This document shows, in pieces, positions 42,250 through 58,134 of a stretch of 64,000 nt of DNA (position 1 is its first letter; the number at the start of each line of letters is the position of its first letter). The stretch is from assembly GCF_009914755.1 (NCBI RefSeq), contig NC_060942.1. The stretch is one strand, 5' to 3'. The DNA is from the human T2T-CHM13v2.0 reference genome, Homo sapiens. The translations under genes and the position numbers were made by a program. Under the pieces are notes generated by a model. It did not search any database. It worked only from the letters and a program-made list of their open reading frames with translations, and was not told the origin of the DNA.

Positions 42250-43470
42250 CAAATTTTCATTCTATGTCATTGATTGAACAAGTCTATGAAATTTAGCAAA
42301 AATATAAAGCTAAAAACGTTAGCTACTTCTCTGAGTGGAATCAGAAAGTTTCAATAGGTGGAACAGGCTGAAATTTAATGAGAATACACATAAAATTTTT
42401 TATTTAACTTCAAAAGTCCAAGGACACAAGTACAAAATAGAAAGATCTGCTGTCTTGGCCAATTTACATGAGAAATGGCTACCATTTTATTTGGCCATAA
42501 GCTTAATATAAACTGTACTGACACTGATTTTTTAAAAAGAGAGAGAAAAGGGAAGGGGAAACATGGAAAGAATAAGAAAAGAGAAGAAATGAAACTTCAG
42601 GCTAAAGACAATAATCCTGCTTTGAGGCACCTGAGAGCAAGAAATTTGTTTTATTTACTAATATATCCTCCTCATAGGGCTTTAAAAGTCTTAATATGCT
42701 TTTGTTCAATAAATTGTGTTCAGTTCCAGGGATTGCATTTTATGTGGTACACTGACAATCTAGAACACATCCAGAATAGGGAATCCAGCTTTCTGATGAT
42801 TCTAGAAAATATCTCAATACAGAAATTGTTGAAGGCTGGGCATAGTGGCTCAAGCCTATAATCCCAGCACTTTGGGAGGCGGAGGTGGGCAGGTGCATTG
42901 AGCTCAGGAGTTGGAGACCAGCCCGGACAACATGGTGAGACCCTGTCTCTACAAAACATACAAAAATTAACCAAGAATGCTGTCCTGTGCCTGTAGTCCC
43001 AGCTACTTGGGAAGCTGAGGTGGGAGGTGAGGATTGCTTGAGCCTGGGAGGAGGAGGTCACAGTGAGCCAAGATTGTGCCACTCCAGCCTGGGTGACGGG
43101 GTGAGATTCCACCTCGGAAAAAAAAAAAAAAAAGGAAGTAGTTGAATGCATTTTGCATTCAAATCAAAGAAGACAAGGCTAAGAGAGGATATGTAGACTA
43201 TCTTAAAATATTTGCATGGCTAACAAATATTTTATGGAGTTGTCAAATTGCTCTGTGTCTCTCCAGAATAGAACACTGCAGCTATGGGGGGGAGTTACAG
43301 GAAAACAGGTTTGAATCTACCCACAGTATAGCATCTTTCTACAGGAACAAGGTCCCAAACACTGGACTCACTTATATAGCAGATCCACCACTTAAAATAT
43401 TTTGAAGAGGTGTTTTGAGACGGCTTAGGAATTCTATTTCCCTTTCAACTCTATATATCTGTGATTCCTC
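42250..43470 (+). mobile_element. L3/CR1 3' relic interrupted by AluJ
   Basis: TGTGTTCAGTTCCAGG..CATTTTATG..GACAATCTAGAACACATCCAGA and AAGACAAGGCTAAGAGAGGATATG; 3' end CCTTTCAACTCTATATATCTGTGATTC. Confidence 0.7.
42834..43133 (+). mobile_element. AluJ
   Basis: GAGACCCTGTCTCTACAAAA and GGATTGCTTGAGCCTGGGAGG. Degenerate TSD ending GTTGAA. Confidence 0.93.
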
Positions 43471-43854
43471 AGTGCCAATGAAACAGAATAAACATTTTTA
43501 CCTCTCTCTGTGTCATGACAGAAAATCCTTAGTCAGCACTGGTTTACAATCACGTCACTAACAGACCAGATCCTTTTCACCAGGTCTTCTACTACAAATC
43601 AGTGTTTTCGCTACTAGAGGGTAATCAGTCTCAAACTTTGCCACACTAGAGAATCTCTTGAAGTAGAGATGCGTGAGAAGAAGAGATAGGGGAGAGAGAA
43701 GGAAGCACATGTGTTCTATGTTGGATGACATGGGGACACAGAAAAGAAGTCCAGGCTCTTTCTATGGTCTGGGATATGGCTGTACTCTTATAAACCAACC
43801 GACTACTGCACTCAACATTTTACATCAATAGGCAGTGCATTATTCTGATGTCAC

Positions 43855-44149
43855 TTTTTTTTTTTTTTTTTTTTGGAGATGGAGTCTCGCTCTCTCACCC
43901 AGGCTGGAGGGCAATGCCGTGATCTTGGCTCACTGCAAACTCTGCCTCCTGGGTTCAAGCAATTCTCTGCCTCAGTCTCCCGAGTAGCTGGGATTACAGG
44001 CACCCGCCACCATGCCCGGCTAATTTTTGTATTTTTAGTAGAGATGGGGTTTCATCGTGTTGGCTAGTCTTGAACTCCTGACCTTGTGATCCACCTGCCT
44101 TGGCCTCCAAAAGTGCTGGGATTACAGGTGTAAGCCACCGTGCCTGGCC
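43855..44149 (-). mobile_element. Alu (S-type)
   Basis: Antisense dimer. TSD GATG(T/C)CACTTTT. Confidence 0.95.
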
Positions 44150-44200
44150 GATGCCACTTTTTAATTGTTCCAATACAAAAACATAAAAATGTGTATCTGT

Positions 44201-44627
<427 letters not shown>

Positions 44628-45169
44628 TTAGTTTAGTCTCTCAGCTGTCTTCCAGTTATATTCAGTCATGTTCAGGAGTAACATTTTATCTCTTCTCTTA
44701 ATTATGCCTTTGGGTGTGGAGGAGCCCCACTAGTAATAGATCCATTGCCTTTATGACTCCTAGCTCCAACTTCCCCTGAATAAGTGAAAGGACTTACCTG
44801 ATGAGTGATTTTGAGATAGGAAAATGGGTATGCATAGTTCATCTCCATCCCTCCTTCCTTTTGGGAGCCACCTACTCACAGAAAGCACACACCTGTTCTG
44901 TCCTCCACACTGTAAGTTGTTGAGGGGCAGCTCCTACAAGAGGAGGCTAGTTCAGTGCTACCTGTGATCAAGAGGATAAGTCCAATTCTGGGATAAAGCA
45001 TTAGAAAGTCCATTGTTGCTGCAATCCAAGCCTTGACAACTGTCCAGGTTTTATAAAGCCAATAGTTTTATGCCAGTTTATCTGAGTACTTTGTCTTTCT
45101 CAGAGGATTCAGCACTCTGCAAGAAAGAAGGATGCTATGCAATGATCCCTTAAAGCCCCATCAATTCCT

Positions 45170-45505
45170 GCTTCATGCCTAGAAAGACTTTCCATTCTTT
45201 CTTTCCTAGTTATCTTTGTTGATCAACCTTCCTGAGAAGTTTTTTCTAAAGTACTTGATCAGGTGAGTTACTACTTCCCCCAATTCACACTCCTTTTCTC
45301 AGTACTCTGTTTGTACTCACATTATATCATTTATAGAACTGTGTTGTTACTGTCTGTTTAGCTATCTGTGTTGCCAACTAGATGGTGCCTTCTAGAGCAA
45401 GGAAATGTTGTTCATACATATGTATCCAACACTGGCATAATGTCTGATCCTCAGTTAGGTATGCTCAAAATATTCTATAATTGAATGAATGAATAAATGA
45501 ATGAA
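45170..45505 (+). mobile_element. L2 3' region
   Basis: CCAACTAGATGGTGCCTTCTAGAGCAAGG and a terminal (TGAA)n tail. Confidence 0.7.
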
Positions 45506-45699
45506 GCACTTAATCTTTTTGATTAGTAGTTTATTTTTAAAATCTTAGTCATTTTTGCTGAGAGAATCTAAGAACTCTAATGCCTGATCCAACAATCATG
45601 TATCTCAACTGAGTTTTAACCTATATTAAATTTATTAATTTATAATCTATGAGCTCTAAAGGCAATGTATTAATTTATTCAGTTCCTTAATTATTACAC

Positions 45700-45830
45700 T
45701 TTGGTACCAAGAGTCAGGAATCCTGATGTTCATTTTTGGCTCTATCACTGACATCTTTGCCTTCAATGAAACCACTTAATCAGATTGGTGACTCAGTTCC
45801 GTATCTATAAAATGGTGGCACTAGTTTTCT
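45700..45830 (+). mobile_element. MIR relic
   Basis: GAGTCAGGAATCCTG...GGCTCTATCACT...CCACTTAA...CTCAGTTCCGTATCTATAAAATGG. Confidence 0.65.
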
Positions 45831-46314
45831 TGGTAAATGCTCTCATATCCCTTATTAACTAACACTTTCCATATGAACTTGCATTTTTAGTACTACATAT
45901 TTAGTTATGATTTCAGACCACAGATGAATTTTGGAAACTTATTGAAAAGCCATTGCATTTAATGCTGAGATATGTTTTTTAACTTTTTATTGGTATAAAA
46001 GTATTCTTTAATATTGAAAGAATCAGAGTCCATAAAATTACTCCCATTCAATGGAAAGGTCATCATTTCCATACTTTGGCTAAATTAAGAAATAAAGACA
46101 AAATTTGGGTATTATTAAATTTAGTGACACTTGAGGGGAAAATATGCACATTAAAATATAATTAATGTATCTGTTAAACAGCAATTTTAATAAGAATGAA
46201 AGTCTGGTTCAGTATCAGAATGAAATTGAGTAGCTTCCTCATTTTAGTAACTGGAGAATTTCCCAGTAGCACCCGCCTATTTCTATAGCTTTTGCAGGGA
46301 AAGAATGAAGTTGA

Positions 46315-47189
<875 letters not shown>

Positions 47190-47544
47190 ACACATCCTAC
47201 CTTAAGAGAAAGATAATCCCAGATCCACCTTACTTTAGAAATCTTGTGGGGCAGAAAAAAAAAAACCTTGTCAGATGTTTTACTATCTTCAGTTGCCAAG
47301 ATAAATTTTAAAATCTCAGTTTGAGAAATGATCAACTACCCTTGGAAACTCTGCATGGGGTCACAGCCCTAAGGGAAGTTTCCTAGCCTTCCTTGTAACA
47401 GTTACCCAAAACAAACAGCTCTCTGCCAAGCAGTAAAACACAGATTCCACTTAGCTCTAAGCACCTGTGACTTCAAATACATATGGCCCCATAAGGGAGG
47501 TAAGATTGGTTCCTGTGAATATTGCTACCATTGTTTTTACTATT

Positions 47545-47677
47545 ACGAGTATCTGTTCATAGGTCTGTTTCTCCCTGTAGGCTGAGTTTCTTGAGGGCTG
47601 AGATGGTCATATTAGTCATTGTGTCCCAAAGTTACCGGCACTCCAGAGATAGATGTTAAGTGAATAAATGAATGAAT
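47545..47677 (+). mobile_element. L2 3' end
   Basis: GTCTGTTTCTCCCTGTAGGCTGAGTTTCTTGAGGGC...GAATAAATGAATGAA. Confidence 0.7.
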
Positions 47678-49402
47678 TCTTAGGCTCTAAATTCCTCAGG
47701 AGCAAGTGATGGGGCTAAGAGCCATAGGCTGACTTCAAGAATGCCCAGCTAGTTTATTTTTCCCTCTGCTGAAAAAAAGAGTTGGGTAAATTGAAGATAG
47801 GAAGAGAGAGTAGTCTCTTTTCTTCCACACTCAGGGAAGAGATATTTCACCTGAAAAAGATGATACTGATTGCACTACTTGTTATTCATTTTAACATTCC
47901 AGGATGACAGGAAGCTTTGCCTCCCCTTGTGATGTAGGATAGCAATCCACAGTTAGATCCAATGGCTGTGAGAAGGGGCTGTCAGGATGAGTAGGCAGTC
48001 ATGAAGCAGAGGAAAGCTTTTCCATCAGAGGGGAAAACAACAGCATGATAAAGTGTGAAGCATGTGGGGAATCCTTACTCCTTCAGTGAGAGATGTTACA
48101 ACTATGCCATGCCTTGCGTCCAAGCACGGAATTCTGCTCAGATTAACAGAAGCAATTCTAAAACCGATTTCCAAAGTGATTTTGGTCTTGAAACATTTTA
48201 GTCAAAGAAAATCTTAAAGTCCAACGTGTAAGACTACAAAAGTGGAACTTCCCTGGTTGAAGAGGCAGGCGAGAGATGCAATGACTTCCTGTTCCCCATC
48301 TCTTCATCTGTGCTATCCCCACATTGCCCTTGGGGAAGAAAGAACAGTTTGAAAATCACTCAGTACTACCTCCTTGCTGTGCCTATAAATGAACCCATAG
48401 GCTAAGGAAAGATTTATTCCTTTACTCATTTCCCAGCAGCAGAAACAGCAGATTCACCCAAAAGGGGAAGCATCAAACTTCAACCAGAGCCTAGAATTCA
48501 AAGTGCCTCCTCTTTCCCTGCCACCTATTTTACCTGCCTGCAGTTCCTCATAATGAAGCAAGTTATTAAACTATTCTTTCAACATTTGCCTAAATCCATT
48601 CCCTTCATTAGACAGTATACTTTCGTTTAAAAGAGTTGATTTGTTAAATGGATTATGCAAAAGGCTACAGCCTTACTGACTAACATCCTTCTGTACATAT
48701 GTCTTTGTTAACTTCCCAAAACTGCCTTTGGCCATTTGAAAGACCAGGAAAGAGAGTCCAATTAGCTACGTTGGTCCATTCTCCTTGATCAAACCACCTT
48801 TTAGCTATTTCACATTCTTTTAGTTTCTCAGATTTAGTGCCATCCTATCTGGATGCCAGATGTTTTATTTGAAAATAGTTACTAGAATATAAATGGAATG
48901 AAAACTAATCAGGTTATTATAAATTCAAATAAGGTAGATTGGTTTTTTGAGAAAATCTTTGGTGACTGAGCAAGCAAAGAAGTATTTTTATCAAATGAAA
49001 CTTGGGCATCACACGAGAAAGCACTGGGTAATCTTTCCACATAGCTTTGGGCACTCCATCAATATTAAACAGTAGCAATAAAACCACCATGGCCATGACC
49101 TGCAATACCCCTGGATTCTCTTGGCTTCTCATGAAATGTCTAACCTGTCAAATGGTATGATGTTTGTAAGGGGAAAACCTGTAGGCTGATAGTCTAATTC
49201 TGCACTTAGTAGGAGAGAGAAGCTTGGTTCTTGTCAAATAAGTCTAAAAGTTCAAGCATTTATTTCTAGATGCTGATAATAAATGTAGTCACTTCTCCTA
49301 TGGTCAGTTATTTGGTGGGGATAACTTGGGCTCACCATATTATTTTTAAAGTCAAGTCCAACCATCAGCATAGAACATTGTGGATACTTTGTTTACTTAT
49401 CA

Positions 49403-50087
<685 letters not shown>

Positions 50088-50124
50088 CTTAGAATAACTG
50101 AAGGAAACATCGTGTGCATTAATT

Positions 50125-50275
50125 ACCAGTTCCTTATTTTATAGTTGAGGAAATTGGACCCAAAGAAATGAAGTGCCATGACCAAGAATAGATTTAAAGT
50201 AGGGATAGAATGAGAGATGGGCAGAACTAGGACCAGAACAAAAGTCTCTCAGGCTTTCAGTCCACTGCTGTCTCT
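50125..50275 (-). mobile_element. MIR
   Basis: ATTTTATAGTTGAGGAAATTGGACCCAAAGAAATGAAGTG...GGCAGAACTAGGACCAGAAC. Confidence 0.7.
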
Positions 50276-50724
50276 GGAAATTTAGAGGGGGAAAAAATTG
50301 GTTCCATGAAAACCTGTTTTATGTCCAGTGAAGTTACAGTGTAAAAAGCATTACAGTAGTTGCTTAATCATGTTATCTATGGATGGGCACAATGAAGTTC
50401 ACTTTCTCTTAGTCTCAGATGTAATTGCACTGACTTCTGGTTTCAGATTGTTACGCAAAACTATGTCACTTCACTTATCTATCAAGAAGCGTATGCAATT
50501 CCAGGTACATTCAAGACTGGGAATAGGAAAAAAATATTCAAATATCTATATTACCTTCTTTATCCTAAAGCAAGAAACAAATTGCTTTGGTGCCTCAGGT
50601 GGTCAGGTGTCATGTGGCTCTGAGTCGAGAATGGATATTTCCCAAGAGGCACTTTGAAATGTTGCCATAAATTACAACATATATCATGTGACTGGTTAAA
50701 TGAATTTATGGTTTCTGTCATCTA

Positions 50725-52768
<2,044 letters not shown>

Positions 52769-52866
52769 TTACTATGTTAATAAATATTAAAACATTTATT
52801 CATGTTATTATTTATGTTATTTATAAATTATTATATTTATGTTAATAGGAAATTTTTGATGGATTT

Positions 52867-55800
52867 TTTAACACCCCACTGTCCATATTAGACAGATCAA
52901 TGAGACAGAAAATTAACAAAGATATTCAGGACTTGAACTCAGCTCTGGATCAAGCAGATCTAATAAACATCTACAGAATTCTCCACCCCAAATCAACAGA
53001 CTATACATTCTTCTCAGCGCCACATGGCACTTATTCTAAAATTGACCACATAATAGGAAGTAAAACACTCCTCAGCAAATGCAAAAAAATCATAACAAAC
53101 AGCCTCTCAGACCACAGTGTAATCAAATTAGAACTCAGGATTAAGAAACTCACTTAAAACCACACAGCTACATGGAAATTGAACAACCTGCTTCTAAATG
53201 ACTCCTGGGTAATAATGAAATAAAGGCAGAAATCAAAAAGTTCTTTGAAACCAATGAGAACAAAGAAAAAACATACCAGAATCCCTGGGACACAGCTAAA
53301 GCAGTATTAGGAAGGAAATTTATAGCACTAAATACCCACATCAGAAAGCTAGAAAGATCTCAAATCAACACCCTAACATCACAGGTAAAAGGGCTACAGA
53401 AGCAAAAGCAAACAAATCCGAAAGCTAGCAGAAGGCAAGAAATAACCAAGATCAGAGCAGAACTGAAGGAGATAGAGACATGAAAAACCCTTCAAAAAAA
53501 TCAGTGAATCCAGGAGCTGGTTTTTTTAAAAAAATTAACAAAATAGATAGACTGCTAGCTAGACTAATAAATAAGAAAAAAAGAGAAGAATCAAATAGAC
53601 ACAATAAAAAAATGATAAAGGGGATATCACGACTGACCCCACAGGAACACAAACTATCATCAGAGAATTCTATAAACACCTCTATGCAAATAAACTGGAA
53701 AATCTAGACAAAATGGATAAATTCCTGGACAAATACACCCTTCCAAGACTAAACCAGGAAGAAGTCAAATCCCTGAATAGACCAATAACAAATTCTGAAA
53801 TTGAGGCAGTAATTAATAGCCTACCAACAAATAAAAGCCCAGGAACAGACAGATTCACAGCTAAATTCTACCAGAGGTACAAAGAGGAACTGGTACTTCT
53901 GATACTATTCCAAACAATTGAAAAGGAGGGACTCCTCCCTAACTCATTTTATGAGGCCAGCATCATCCTGATACCAAAATCTGGCAGAGACACAATAAAA
54001 AAAGAAAATTTCAGGTCAATATCCCTGATGGACATCGATGCAAAAATCCTCAATAAAATACTGGCAAACCAAATCCAGCAGCACATCAGAAAGTTTATCC
54101 ACCACAATTAAGTGGCTTCATTTCTGGGATGCAAGGCTGGTTCGACACACGCAAATCAATCAACGTAATCCATCACATAAACAGAACCAACGACGAAAAC
54201 CACATGATTATCTCATTAGGTGCAGAAAAGGCCTTCAACAAAATTCAACAGCCCTTCATGCTAAAAATTCTCAATAAACTAGGTATTTATGGACCATATC
54301 TCAAAATAATAAGAGCTTTTTATGACAAACCCACAGCCAATATCATACTGAATTGGCAAAAGCTGGAAGCATTCCCTTTGAAAACCAGCACAAGGATGCC
54401 CTCTCTCACCACTCCTATTCAACATAGGATTGGAAGTTCTGGCCAGGGCAATCAGGCAAGAGAAAGAAATAAAGTGTATTAAAATAGGAAGAGAGGAAGT
54501 CAAATTATCTCTGTTTGCAAATGACATGATTGTATATTTAGAAAATCCCATCATCTCAGCCCAAAAACTCCTTAAGATGATAAGCAACTTCAGCAACATC
54601 TCAGGATACAAAATCAATGTGCAAAATTACAAACATTCCTATACACCAATGATAGACAAGCAGAGAGCCAAATCATAAATGAACTTCCATTCACAATTGC
54701 TACAAAGAGAATAAAATACCTAGGAACACAGCTAACAAGGGATAGGAAGGACCTCTTCAAGAAGAACTACAAACCACTGCTCAAGGAAATAAGAGAGGAC
54801 ACAAACAAATGGAAAAACATTCCATGCTCATGGATAGGAAGAATCAGTTTCATGAAAATGGCCATACTGCCCAAAGTAATTTGTATTTTCAATGCTATTC
54901 CCATCAAACTACCATTGACATTCTTCTTCACAGAATTAGAAAAAACTACTTTAAATTTCATATGGAACCAAAAAAGAGCCCGTATATCCAAGACAATCCT
55001 AAGCAAAAAGAACAAAGCTGGAGGCATCATGCTACCTGACCAAATTATACTACAAGGCTGCAGAACTGAAACAGCATGATACTGGTACAAAAATAGCCAC
55101 ATAGATCAATGGAACAGAAGAGACCTCAGAAATATCATCACACATCTACAACCATCTGATCTTCGGCAAACCTGACAAAAGGAAGCAATGGGGAAAGGAT
55201 TCCCTGTTTAATAAATGGCGCTGGTATCACTGGCTAGCCATATGCAGAAAACGGAAACTGGACCCCTTCCTTATACCATATACAAAAAATTAATTCAAGA
55301 TGGAATAAAGACTTAAATGTAAAGGCCAAATCCATAAAAACCCTGGAAGAAAACCTAGGCAATACCATTCAGGACATAGGCACAGACAAAGATTTTATGA
55401 CGAAAATACCAAAAGCAACTGCAACAAAAGTGAAAATTGACAAATGGAATCTAATTAAAACAAAGAGTTCTGCACAGCAAAAGAAACTATCATCGGGGTG
55501 AATAGGCAACCTACAGAATGGGAGAATATTTTTACAATCTACCCATCTGACAAAGGTCTAATAACCAGAATCTACAATGAACTTAAACAAATTTACAAGA
55601 AAAAAAAATCAATCACATCAAAAAATGGCCAAAGGATATGGACAGACACTTCTCAAAAGAAGACATTTATGTGGCCAAGAAACATATGAAAAAAAACTCA
55701 ACACCACTGATCATTAGGGAAATGCAAATCAGAACCACAATGAGATACTGTCTCACGCCAGTCAGAACGGCAATTATTAAAAAGTCAAGAAACAATATAT

Positions 55801-56480
55801 GCTGGTGAGGCTGTGCAGAAATAGGAACACTTTTATACTGTTGGTGGGAGTGTAAATTAGTTCAACCATTGTGGAAGGCAGTGTGATGATTCCTTAAGGA
55901 TCTAGAACCAGAAATACAATTTGACCCAGCAATCCCATTACTGGGTATATACCCAAAGAAATATAAATCATTCTAATGTAACAGCACATGCACTTTTTTA
56001 TTTATGTTTTATATACTATTTATGTTTATTGCAGCACTATTTACAATAGCAAAGACATGGAACCAACCCAAATCTTTATCAAGTCCATCAATGATAGACT
56101 TAATAAAGAAAATGTGGAACATATACACCATGGAATACTATGCAGCCATAGAAAGGAATGAGATCATGTCCTTTGCAGGGACATGGATGAGGCGGGAAGC
56201 CATCATCCTCAGCAAACTAACATAGGAACAGAAAACCAAACACTGCATGTTCTCACTCATAAGTGGAAGTTGAACAATGAGAACACATGGACACAGGGAA
56301 AGGAACTACACACACCAGGGCGAGTCAGGGCATGGGGAGTGAGGGGAGAGATAGCATTAGGACAAATAGCTAATGTATGTGAGGCTTAAAACGCAGAAGA
56401 TAGATTGATAGGTGCAGCAAACCATCATGGCACACATATACCTACGCAACAAACCTACACATTCTGGACTTAAAATAATT
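52867..56480 (+). mobile_element. L1PA8-like LINE-1, 5'-truncated within the endonuclease domain; inactive
   Basis: Begins at the EN motif FNTPLS. Broken ORF2 with RT motif [10 protein letters not shown]1PA8-type 3'UTR (GCATTAGGACAAATAGCTAATG, GGCTTAAAAC). Confidence 0.92.
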
Positions 56481-57154
56481 TTTTTTTTAAATCCATCTAG
56501 AAGATTTTTCTTTTACTTCTTCGATTGTTTTATGGGGGAAAATTACATTAGGGCCAATATTTATGTTTAAAATCTTGTTTATTTAAAGGCCAAGGGCAAT
56601 GTGGAATAACAAATGGTTCTTTTGTAATTTGAAATTTAGCCAGTCATAGGGTAATTATGAAAGGCAACCAGGTAAATGAACATAAAGCAAGTTGGTAAGA
56701 AATCTGCAGAGCATGGTGACTTGTGTAATGTTCTCTTCTCACTGTCCAGTAGAAACCCTCTGTTGTACTAGCTATATGTCAAATGGAGTGGTTGAGAACA
56801 CCATGGGCTTCTTAAATATACTACACACATCATTCACCAATTTTTCTACAAAAGTAAGATATTTACAAAAACTACTTCTTTATATTAATACTGACCTGAA
56901 TTTTATTAGGATATGAAAATTACAAAGTAAAATACATATTCATATGAGCATATATCTCTCTGAGGATGTTATTTTGAACCTACTATTTATCATATTTTGA
57001 ATGGGAGAATAATACTTCCCTTTAAGTGTTTAAAGATATCCAATGTATCTTAGAAATATGTACCAAAATTTTCTTATTAACATAAATAATAATAATTTAC
57101 AAATAACATAATAAATATTTCATTTTTTATTTATAATCAATGATAAAATATTAA

Positions 57155-57365
57155 TAATGTTAATATAATAACAAGTAAATATTGTTAAATGCTTAACAAT
57201 CTTCTGTAAGAGCCAGTGCTTCCTACTTTATGCCTCATCTCATTGAATGATCTCATCAGCTGTATGAGCAGGTGTTCTGGACCTAATTTTACAGATGAGG
57301 AAACTGAGCTTGGGCTCATATCCAGGTCTGTTTGATTCCAAAACTAATATTCTTAACCACAACAG
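57155..57365 (-). mobile_element. MIR
   Basis: ATTTTACAGATGAGGAAACTGAG core and CCAGGTCTGTTTGATTCCAAAAC...CTTAACCAC. Confidence 0.85.
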
Positions 57366-57801
57366 TATGTTGTTTATGAGGCTAAATGCAAGCTGACGTA
57401 TCGATTTCCAATTTGATAGATACCTATTTGTAGCTCCATTTCAAGCTGCATTCGATAAAGTGCAAATCAAGTTTTATCAATTCTACCATTTGTCAAAGGC
57501 TCAAATGAATGTTGACTGAGGAGAAAAGGTTGCAACTAAAATGAATTTCTGGCATTATCTGAATATTACAATTTTTTGTGTCATCCGTCCAACAGGAATT
57601 TAAAAAGCTGATCTTATGAATTCTTCCCATCCCTGCCCTTTCTCTGCAAAAGCCCTTCTGTCCCTGCTTTCTTGCTTCTTCTTCAGTTGCACGGATTAAT
57701 CTGATCCTTTACTGTCCACTAACCTAGATTCTAATTAAAGGAACTGTGTTAATCCAATCAGCTGTCAATCCTAGGTATATTGGGATGCATTTGGTGATTG
57801 A

Positions 57802-58134
57802 TTTTTTTTTTTTTTTTTTTGAGACAGGGTCTCACTCTGTCACCCAGGCTGGAGTATAGTGGAGCAATCTTGGCTCACTGCAGCCTCCACCTCCTGGGCT
57901 CAAGTGATCCTCCCACTTCAGCCTCCTGAGTAGCTGGGACTACAGGCACATGCCACCACTCCCAAATAAGTTTTTGTTTTTTGTTTTCTGTTTTTTGTTT
58001 TTTGTTGTATTTTTTGTAGAGACGGGGTTTCGCTATGTTACCCAAGCTGGTGTTGAACTCCTGAGCTCAAGTGATCTGCCTGCTTTGGCCCCCCAAAGTT
58101 CTGGGATTGCAGGTGTGAGCCCCCGCACCTGGCC
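57802..58134 (-). mobile_element. AluJ with an expanded central linker
   Basis: CACCTCCTGGGCTCAAGTGATCCTCCCAC; the linker is replaced by a (T)nG tract of about 45 bp. Confidence 0.93.

Noticed and set aside
48150-48362. Possible MER5-type DNA transposon ending CAGTTTGAAAATCACT
   Set aside because: Only one terminus is recognisable and the body is too degenerate to call.
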